Source: Octopus vulgaris (lineage: Eukaryota). From it: a stretch of 64,000 nucleotides of DNA. The first letter of the stretch is position 1; every line of letters starts with the position of its first letter. This document shows positions 51,990 through 62,300 of the stretch, piece after piece. A program made the position numbers and the translations under genes. The notes under the pieces were generated by a model that was given only the letters and a program-made list of their open reading frames with translations, did no database searches and was not told the origin of the DNA. The stretch spans positions 54,498,001 to 54,562,000 of the forward strand of contig OX597823.1 in the NCBI GenBank assembly GCA_951406725.2. Direction: 5' to 3'.

Positions 51990-53330
51990 GGGACGTTGGC
52001 TATGTAGAATTATCTAAGGGCTTATTTGTGTCTTGTATCAATTAATGTGTGTTTTGATGTTAATATTTGGTAAAGTTCCTCTACACATAGATCACATCTA
52101 TTTCTCCTACTCGATAAGGTTTAGCAGTACTAATTAGTTCCCAATCAATAGAATAGCTATTGGTCTTGTCATTAATTGACCAAACTAATTTACTCTAGCC
52201 ATGCTGGAGCACCGCCTTTAGTTGAGCAAATCGATCCCGGGACTTATTCTTTGTAAGCCCAGTACTTATTCTATCGGTCTCTTTTGCTGAACCGCTAAGT
52301 GACGGGGATGTAAACACACCAGCATCGGTTGTCAAGCAATGCTAGGGGGACAAACACAGACACACAAACATATACACACACACATATATATATACATATA
52401 TACGACAGGCTTCTTTCAGTTTCCGTCCATCAAATCCACTCACAAGGCATTGGTCGGCCCGGGGCTATAGCAGAAGACACTTGCCCAAGATGCCACGCAG
52501 TGAGACTGAACCCGGAACCATGTGGTTGGTTAGCAAGCTACTTACCACACAGCCACTCCTGCTTAGGCTTGTATTATTTATTTTTGTCGTATCTCTGAAG
52601 GAATTTAAATGATGGTCCAGTCGTTTTGAAAAAATAGAGAGCTGGCCCCTATATAAAAGTATTCCCTTCCCTCTGAGGTAATGTTACATCTATAGACCAG
52701 GTTCTTAGTTTTTTACATTTTGAGTTTAACGAGCATACTTTATCTATAGCACAGTTGCATAGACCTGTTTGTCTATTTCTATTATTTTTTGTCTTAATGA
52801 CTTCACTAGAAGTATCTCCTATTCTTTCTTCCACCAGTCCAGTAGTATTTCTGAATTTCCTATGGATATTAGCTTTGATGCTGCCCTTCCTAGCAGTTCT
52901 TCTCTCTATTTCTATGCCTGTGAACAAATTTGTTAAGCTTGTCTCCCTTTGTTGATTCTTGTTAGCACTCCCCTGTACCTCAGTGTGTGCTACTGGTCTC
53001 ATCACCAATGTCCATTCTGTTGTTAGTTATTTCCTCCTTGTTATCCAAATTTGCATAACTTGGATCCCTTTGGAAGTTTTATAGTTTACCTGTATTATGA
53101 ACTGTTATTATTTGTGCCAGGTTGCAACTATTGGAAAAGGCAAGGCATATATTAGTATATGTTTACGAAATATTTTGCAGTACTTGCTATTTTTAGGAAA
53201 GTATTTTTTTTTATCACTGTATAAAGCAGTCATGGGAGTTGGAAATTATTTTGCAAATGAAAAAATATTCCACAATATCATCTTCAAATTATCATTGGTT
53301 TTAGTATTTATATGGTTTTTTTCCAGATTT
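51990..53330 (-). mobile_element. Penelope-like element relic (linker plus GIY-YIG endonuclease), split by a SINE
   Basis: KYFPKNSKYCKIF...NLAQIITVHN; CNC...CSLNSKC; NLVYRC...YFYIG; HLNSF; NTSLS|KLVW; IDWELI...AKPY...CDLCVEE. Confidence 0.8.
52197..52562 (-). mobile_element. SINE family A, young, tail missing
   Basis: Near-identical to 5045-5423. Confidence 0.9.
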
Positions 53331-54249
53331 TAGCATTAGTGCATTTTATGTTTCTGCAGTGTCTGCTCTGGTGTGCAGGTTGCTTACTAATGTATCCCTT
53401 AGTTGTGTTCTGAATGTGTGTACGTGTGTGCTTGTGCCTATTGTGGTCTACCTCATTTCTAATGTATAGTGTACTAAGGTCTCCACTGTTGTTTTCACTA
53501 CTCACTTTTGTATGGGGTTCACACTCGCATGGACCAATCAGGCTAACAGATGTTGTTACACATTGCTGGTCACAATGCACCTTTGCATTGTTTTAGCCTT
53601 CAAATGACACCACCCTCCTGGCTAGGAAAGCTGCACAACATTCCCCAGTGATCAACAAGAGGACTGGAGCAACGTGAAATGAAGTGTTTTGCTCAAGAAC
53701 ACAATGCATCACCCAGGCAAGGAATTGAACCCATGATCTAGCAATCATGAGTGCAACAGTCTAACCACTAGGCAACATGCCTTCACACACACACACACAC
53801 ATGTATATCATCATCGTCGTTTAACGTCCTCTTTCTTTGCATTTTGATACACAAATAAAACAACAGGGATATCTATTGTCAATCCTGCCCACTTAAAACC
53901 CATTACTTTATTGTTATATTGAAAACATAGAAGTTACTGGAATTCCATCAACAGTGCTTTCCATATGGTATATTTATAGTATGTTTTAAACCAGATCACA
54001 TGTTGAACCATCAGACTGTGATGAATTATTGTGAGACAGTAGAAAGATGAGATTACAATGTGCCCAGGGTATTGCAAATTTTCTTCTCATAACATAAACC
54101 ACCAATATCATCATTATTGTCATCATCACTGTTGTTATTTAGCTATAAATCTGATCAGGCAAACATTTAACCCTTCAGCATTGAAACCACCTATATAATT
54201 ACATTTCTAAATCTCTCAGAGAGATTTTATACAGTAGCAGCACGATAAA

Positions 54250-54464
54250 GTGATGGTTTGTTGCCAACTTAATGTGGCAGTCCCAGGAAAGGGGGAAAAT
54301 GCTACTGCTATTTAGCCCCCAGGAAACACCGTTTCTAGCTGGCCATGTAACACAGAACGCTTGTGTCATATGGCCAGCTGGAAACCGTGTTTCCTGGGGC
54401 TAAATAGCAGTAGCGTTTTTCTCTTTCCTGCAACTGCAACAATAAGTTGGCAACGAACCATCAC
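54250..54464. repeat. ~215-bp imperfect palindrome nested in a piggyBac-type MITE
   Basis: gtgatggtttgttgccaactta...gctactgctatttagcccc / ggggctaaatagcagtagc...taagttggcaacgaaccatcac. Confidence 0.8.
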
Positions 54465-54560
54465 CTATATCATAATTAGATATTCTACCTGTTTTATGCT
54501 CAAGCCCTACACTTAACCCTACAATTTCATTTTAAAAATAAACAATCATATCATCACAAT

Positions 54561-54800
54561 AGTAAGAATGAACCGAAGCTTGCGGTATCGCCCACGTACA
54601 CGTAGCCGTGACCGATGCCATCAGTCGCCGGGAGTCTGTGGCGATATGCACCGGGTAAATACAGCAACATGGTCCAACCCGTAAGTTAACGGAAACAGAC
54701 CCGTGAGCCTACGGGTCGGACCATGCTGAATAGTCACGCTCTAGGTGACTGTCACACCCCAAGGAGGCCCTGACTATATTGAGGGGTAGCAGTCGTATTG
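54561..54800 (-). ncRNA. Unassigned GC/CpG-rich structured-RNA-like island
   Basis: 131/240 G+C and 18 CpG by hand count; several hairpins; G-U pairs and a cUUCGg loop favour the minus strand; no family recognised. Confidence 0.55.
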
Positions 54801-55015
54801 TGTGTGTGTGTATGTTTTTCCCACTACCACCACCTAACAACCAATCTTGGTGTGTTTACATCCCTGCAACTTAGCAGGCTGGGGAAAGAAAAGACCAATA
54901 GAATAAATATCAGGCTTTAAAAAATAAGTCCTGGGGTTGACTCATTCGACTAAAATTTCTTCAAAGTGATGCCCCAGCATGACCACAGTCTAATGATTGA
55001 AACAAAAAGGATAAA
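54799..55015 (+). mobile_element. SINE family A 3' half only
   Basis: Starts at the internal (TG)n; tRNA head absent. Confidence 0.8.
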
Positions 55016-55307
55016 AGACATACATGGGATCACAAACAAAAACACACTGAACGTACTCCTGGAAATCAAACCTCATATCTCTGCTAAGCATTAGTCTCCA
55101 CTGAGAATATAAATGGATGACTGTTATATAACCAAAGTCAACTTTCATCAAGCAGATACCTGATCAATGACGTTCCAACTATGACCATCCTAACTTTTTA
55201 GTGCTACCCAGGACTACATTATCCAATGTAATAAAAAAATTAAAGTAAAGTTCCTTCTTGAGTCATATAGCTTCACAGGGTCTGTTTCCTGGTTTTCATG
55301 GTGTACA

Positions 55308-56374
55308 TAGGGTGCAAGGGGTAAATTGTCACCATTTTTATATTTTTAACTTTGCACACATCCATTGTTTTGATTTTGTCGACTACACAGTATAGTAGGG
55401 TCAGTTGAGTACTACTGTCTGTGACAAAAACAGCACCATGATGCAATTCACTCTGCCAGAAATTTGGAAACGACATGCTGTATTGCTTGGCAGTTGTGCT
55501 GGCAGCTCCAATATGAACATTTCAGCATGTTTGTGTGTCGATATGAGGACAGTGCAGAGGATTCAGAAAGAGTTGGATGAGTCTAATAGTGATTACAAAG
55601 GTACAGCAGCTCAGAAAACTCACTCTGATTGTTCTGATAAAAAAAGAACTCCCGAATTTATTGGAAAGATCCAGACCATACTGAACATGCTTCGGTTTTT
55701 CTTAGACGAGAAAAATTTTTGCCAGGATCAGATGGTGAACACACAGAACAACTATTGGCTTGCCATGCCTCCAAAACAGGTACAGTCAACATCGTGGTGT
55801 TTGGAGTGATCACTACTGATGACAGCATTATGCCTCCATTCACCTTCCCACACGGCTTCAGACTTAACATGGAGGCTACATCAAGTGCCTGTTGGAGGTA
55901 ATGCTGCCTTGGATCAACGAGGTGGCTGCTGGAAGACCCTATATTTGGCTACAGGACTCTGCACCATGCCACACGAGCAAGAGAACTTTGTCATGGCTGT
56001 CAGACAATTTCAGCAACATCACCCCTAACATATGGCCACCTAACTTCCCAAACTGCAACCCCCTTGATTATTATGTGTGAGATTCAGTTGAGCAAGAGAC
56101 CAACAAAACTCCTTATAACACCAAAGATGAACTGAAGGCAAAGATTATGGCAGCATTCACCAACTTAAACAAGGTGACTGTCCAGAAGACTTGCAGGAAA
56201 TTCCAAAGTTGTCTGGAGACCATGGTTGAAGGTAATGGCGATTTTATTGAATAAATTTATTCTTTAGTAGTTAAAGATATTTTTATGTAATTATGGTAAA
56301 TATATTTGTTAAAATGAGATGTCAGTGGTATTTTCATTTTTGCATAATTTAGACAATATATTCATGGCACCCTG
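55308..56374 (+). mobile_element. Tc1/mariner (maT/DD37D-like) transposon, internally deleted and frameshifted
   Basis: Ends (C>T)AGGGTGC...GCACCCTG|TA; FFLDEKNF, WLQDSAPCH, WPPNFPNCNPLDYYV (36 residues between the last two Asp in this copy). Confidence 0.88.
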
Positions 56375-58354
56375 TATATTCCCCACTGGGATGCAAGTCC
56401 ATTGCAAGATTACTCATTTTTACCAGCTGATTGGACAGGAGCAATGTGAAATAAGGTTGTTTTGCTCAAGAACACAATGCATCACCCATTCCAGGAATTG
56501 AAACCACAATCTTATGATCATACGTTCAACACCCTAACCTCTAAGCCACACATCTCCACTATTATCCAATGTGTCCTTCATTTAAGTGGTAAGAGATTTG
56601 TTTGCTATCTCCGGCAAAGTGAGCAACTTTGTAGGGATTCCTTGTGACCAGGTTCAATAGTGTGCTGAGTATCAGTTGAGGCAATCAGTAGAGGGTATTC
56701 TATATTCTGCCAACAACATTCTGCGATGACTATATCCAAGATACTTAAATTTCACATGACACAGAATAGTAAAAACCTACTTCTTTGTTACTGATGCTAC
56801 AATACCGAATTCAACTCTTCCTAAGGATCGGGGAAAGCTACTCCAGCACTCAACATAAAACAGAATCCAAATCTTCTACTCCTTCCTCAGAAATGTCTTG
56901 CTCAAAAAGACAAAGCAATCTTGTGGCTGTTTAGCTAACATCAACACTGATCAGGTTAACTTATGATCAAAATGCATTCTCACTATAACCCACATAGCTA
57001 TTTTCTCAGACATGGTATCTACAACTACACTGTTCAATGTCCTATTTTTTTTTCTTTTTGAGATAGTACAATGTGATATGAAAAACATTTGGCTGTACTT
57101 AAGTGAAAGGAGTCTATTTTGAACAAAGTCTTCTTCCTAGAACTACAGTGAGATACCAGCAGACAAGTCTGAACTCACAAACTCTGAACAAACACAGGAG
57201 CATTGTGTCTATTCTCTTCTTCCACTCAAAATACCACCTTCTCTCACCAAAATAATGACTTGCAAATTGTTGAACAACATCAACTGAATTGATCTCATCT
57301 GTCTTTGAAGGAGAGCAAAATAAAATTTTAAAAAATAGATGCTCTATCTCACAGATGCATGACTAATCCAATAAATGATTCTCAAAAACTTTAAAGAAGA
57401 AACTAATATTATTGATTTCTAACATAAATATAACATTATAAATTTGAAGGAGTAGGATTAAATTGAACAGAATACTTTAAAAGTGACCTTCATGGGATTT
57501 GAACTCAGAATGTAAAGAGACATTAGTAACTATAGAATATTTTGTCCTATGCTCTCATGATTTTGTCAATACATTACTCTTTTTAATTAATTTTATTTAT
57601 GTTAAAAGTTTACATTCTGAGTTCAAATTTTGCAGAGGGCAGCTTTACTTTTCATCCTTTCGGAGTCAATAAAATAAGTACCTGTTCAGCACAGAAGTCA
57701 ATGTAATTGACTTATCCTGTCCCCTGGAATTGCTGGCCTTGTGCCCAAATTTAAAGCCATTATTAATACTAAAAACAGAGTCCAATGATTCTGCCAATAC
57801 ATGGCTCTTTAATAATGCTTTCAAATTTTGGCACAAGGCCAGTAATTTCAGGGGAGGAGATAAGTCAATTACATTAACAATGGTACTTATTTGATCGACT
57901 CCAAAAGGATGAGAGGCAAAGTCAACCTCAGCAGAATTTGAACTCAGAGCGTAAAGACAGATGATGCGTTACTAAGCATTTTACCCAGCAAGCTAACAGT
58001 TCTGCAAGCTTGCCGCCTCACATGGCTCTTTAATATTAATACCGTAAGTAGTAAAGCAGCAGAAACAGAAAGAGTTTGAGACTAAAATTACAGTAAATAG
58101 AGTAGTAAATTTTGTCCTCACCGCATTCAAATTCAAACTCCACTACATTCCACTAAAATTTTTTCCCTTTATTTATTGAACCTATTAATGTTCAGGAGAG
58201 AGAACCAGTTAGTAATATCAACCAGTAATATACCGAGGATGGTTACAAATGACTAACCATGACCTAAGAAAAATTGGCATTTTCTAGAAACCAGTATGAC
58301 AGGTAAACATAAAACAGTTAAAACAAGATTATCTAACCTATGTATACATAACAT

Positions 58355-58807
58355 TTAATACATATCTACATACACACATTTTATACATATATCTACATAC
58401 ACACATTTTATACATATATCTAACATATACACATTTTATACATATATCTACATATACACATTTTATACATATATCTACATATACACATTTTATACATATA
58501 TCTAACATATACACATTTTATACATATATCTACATATACACATTTTATACATATATCTACATACACACATTCTATACATATATCTACATACACACACACA
58601 TTTCATACACATACATACACACATACATTTTATACACACATTTTATACATATACATACATAAACACATACATTTTATACACACATTTTATACATATACAT
58701 ACATAAACACATTTTATATACATATATATATATATACATTCACACATTTTTATATATACATACATATATATATATATATATACATTCACACATTTTTATA
58801 TATACAT

Positions 58808-58843
<36 letters not shown>

Positions 58844-58883
58844 CATTCACACATTTTTATATATACACACATTTTATATGCAT

Positions 58884-58914
<31 letters not shown>

Positions 58915-58941
58915 ATATACATATATATACACACACACACA

Positions 58942-58972
<31 letters not shown>

Positions 58973-58994
58973 CCATATATATATATATAGGTGG

Positions 58995-59030
<36 letters not shown>
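58355..59030. repeat. ~26-28-bp minisatellite (atatctacatatacacattttatacat) decaying into TA/CA microsatellite
   Basis: About 8 clear units at 58360-58590. Confidence 0.9.
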
Positions 59031-59631
59031 CAGGTGACATGCTCGGTAAATCCCGGGAAGGTGGGACAATGCGTTGGTTCCATTCTCATAATTGTTTCAT
59101 TAATCCAGTAACAACAATACAAAGTATGTAGTCCTTAAAATGTTTTTTGTGTATTTATGGATAATACTGAACTGTCATATAAAGGATCTTGTTTTTAGGA
59201 ATTCCCAATAAGTTATCAATACCCAAATTGTAAAGTCAGTTATGTAATAACATGAAATTAATTACCCTAGAGTAAGAATTCAAATAAAGTAGCCCCGAAA
59301 AGGGCTTTAATATGTTCCCAGAGTATATAGAACATAGGAGGAAATACTAATAAGGTATGTATACTAAAATCATGATATTATATGTTATGTAATAACAGGC
59401 TAATCAGATATGAGATAATAACAAATCAAAGTAATTAACTGTGTTCCCAGAGAATATTACCCTCAGCAGCGCTAGAGTTGGTATATTCGTGAATAAGTCA
59501 CTAACCGACATAAGTGGATCTATTGTTCAGGAGAATACTATTAACTCGTTTAAGCCTTGTACTGGATAAATTGAGAAAATAACTCAATTAGTTCAAATGC
59601 TAAGAAATAAGCATACTCAATTTGATTTACA

Positions 59632-60450
59632 TGGTTGATGCTTTTTACGAGCCACCAGCACAGAAGCCAGTCAAGGCGGCACTGGCATTGGCCACATTTG
59701 CATGGTGCCTTTTAAATGCCACCAGCATGGGTGTCACAACTACAATTTCCATTTGATTTTCGTTTTGATGTTGATGTACTTGCCTCAATAGGTCTCCTCA
59801 AGCACAGCAGGTTGCCCTACGATCCAAGGTACTTTTGAATGGGCTGGGGCTGGTTATGCGATACTGGTGTAGGATAAAACCATGAACTCACGGCTATATA
59901 TATATATATATATATATGTCTGTGTGTATAAGATGTATGGACACATAAGAGGCGTAGCAATATCTAGCAGATGCACAGGGGCAATAAACACTGAAGATGT
60001 ACAGAAAATAGATACCATCACATGCCAGGAGGAAAAACTAGAAGTAGTTAATAGCTTCCACTACCTAGGCAATCAAGTCTGCAGTGGGGGTGGATGCTCT
60101 GAGAGCGTAGCTGCTGGAATACAAATAGCTTGAGTAAAGTTCAGAAAGCTCCTACCACTGCTGGCAACAAAGGGTCTCTCACTTAGAGTGAACGGTAGAC
60201 TGTATGATGTATGTGTGCGAACTGCCATACTACACAGCAGTGAAACATGGGCCATGACTGCTGAGGACATGCATAGGCTTGAAAGAAATGAAGCTAGTAT
60301 GATCTGCTGGATGTGTAATGTCAGTGTGCACACACGACAGAGTGTAGACTCCCTGAGAGAAAAGTTAGACATAAGAAGCATCAAATGTAGTGTGCTAATA
60401 TGGTCATGTGTTGCATATGGATGAGGACAGCTGCATGAAGAAGTGTCACA
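59632..60450. mobile_element. RTE pieces in opposite orientation: 3' UTR (minus, 59632-59891) and ORF2 C-terminus (plus, ~59963-60450)
   Basis: Match to 13255-13545 (reverse) and ~12595-13100 (forward). Confidence 0.85.
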
Positions 60451-61663
60451 CCCACCTCACATCAGTCAAGTTACCAAATTATCCTTACATTTTCAGGCAG
60501 TTACACTTGAGACCGTTCAAATCTGGCTGCCCCCAAAAATTTAAGCTAAAGGCATTAAATTTTTTGAGAGAAAGCAAGCGAATATGTACGACGATGAAGA
60601 CAAAAAAATGGAGAACATGTTACAAAATTACAAACAAGAAAATAACAACAGGTGTCTTTCGACTAATAAAGACGAATCAAGTTGAGCTGGTGTGTGCAGA
60701 GTGAGAGCCTTGAGGTAGGAACATAAATGAACATAAGAAAGTCAAGAGACAGGAATACGAGATGCTTCGCGGCCAGCAGTTGAGCCAAGAAAGAAAGATT
60801 ACAAATGAGGATATATATATATATATCATAGGCATGTGGTCCATGGAAGCAATGCTTCCCTTACAAATTATAGAAACAAAATTGAAACTAAATTACTTAT
60901 TTTTCATAAGATCATTCTTTTAAAGTTCTATAAAATTAATATAATTAAACGACATCATGAGCTTCAGACTTTTATTGTCGGAATTAGCATGAGACAACGA
61001 GCAGTGGCAGATGACACCAAAAAAATCTGTGCAAGGGAAGCAACACAAGCTGCTGCATCCTTTTCAGTGTAATATTTTAACATTTTTTCCAATAAAAAGG
61101 CTACAAAGACAATTTTTTTCTAGTAAGAGCTGATAATGAATAGTCTTATAGGCTAATAAATACTTATATGTTTAGATTAAGTTCCTGTCAATTTGCAATA
61201 CCTATGATATATATAATCTTATGTTGTTATGTAACACTTACATAGGAAAAGGGAAGCAAGTTGACATTCTGCTTCCATTAGAAAAACAGTGAAAAGATAA
61301 CACGTGTGTAGTTTTCTGCGTTTATTCAACTAATATTTTATACTTTTTTCAAATTACAGAGCACCCTTAATATAAAATGTGATTTTTGTTATTTTAAAAA
61401 TATCTGTAAAATATGAACATGTCAATTTGATTCAAATATCTATGTGACAGACAATTTTCGTCATTGCTTCCCCAGCCAGAAAGATCACTGCACACCTGAT
61501 ATATACATATTCACATATATACCCTCTCTCTCTTTCGGAGAGGCACTGAGCACCTACACGCACACATACACACACGGCAGTAACTTCCACCTACCGAATT
61601 CAATCACAAAGCTTCAGTCGACTCGGGGCTATAGTGAAAGACACATACCCAAAGTGCCACATA

Positions 61664-62300
61664 TAAACTACAGGCCCATCTTTCTGACCTCACATGTTAG
61701 CAAGACAATGGAATGCATTGTCAGAAAAGGGCTGATCATGTTCCTAGAAGAAAACAACCTTCTCCAAAAACATGCAGCATGGCTTCCGTCCAAGGAGGAG
61801 CTGCCTCACACAGTTGCAGCACTTTGACTAGGTACTGAAACAACAGCTAAACCAGTCAGCTGTAGATGTGATACACCTTGACTTTGCCAAGGCCTTCGAT
61901 AAGGTTGATCATGGCATATGTCACAAGCTGCGAAACCTTGGTACTACCAGGAAACTGGGAGAGTGACAGCATGATTTTTTTGAAGGGCAGGAGTCAGACA
62001 GTTGTAGCCAATGGCACCCACTCTGAAGAGACACCAATTCTCAGCGGAGTCCCACAGGGAACTGTACTGGGGTCACTACTATTTGTGGTGGCCCTCTCAG
62101 AAATGCTTTCCACAATAGTCAGCCAATTTGACCAGTTATGTTAACGACACAAAATTATCATAGGCAGTTAAGAACCCAGAGGATATCATAAAACTGCAGA
62201 AAAACCTGAATGAAATTTACAAATGGTCTAACAAATATAACATGCAGTTCAATGCTATGAAATTTCAGGCACTCCACTTTCGGTCCAATACCAGGCTAAA
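61664..62300 (+). mobile_element. CR1/L2-clade LINE RT relic
   Basis: NYRPIFLTS, QHGFR, DFAKAFDKVDH, SGVPQGTVLG, YVNDTK, WSNKYNMQFN. Confidence 0.88.

Noticed and set aside
54568-54684. 38-aa plus-strand ORF MNRSLRYRPR... in the GC island
   Set aside because: Short, no recognisable motif, no splice or promoter context
54561-54800. Assigning the island to hammerhead, HDV-like ribozyme, H/ACA snoRNA, group I intron, retron or tRNA
   Set aside because: Only partial motifs (CUGAUGG without GAAA, AUAUAGUC, ACAGCA on the antisense strand); required order or pairings fail, so left unassigned
58040-58300. Hairpins and TGTTCAGGAGA shared with 59524
   Set aside because: Region aligns loosely to a decayed SINE B; one 11-mer match is weak evidence
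58355-58600. CRISPR-like periodicity (also 13450-13610 and 600-860)
   Set aside because: Tandem or degenerate units without unique spacers; eukaryotic context; no cas genes
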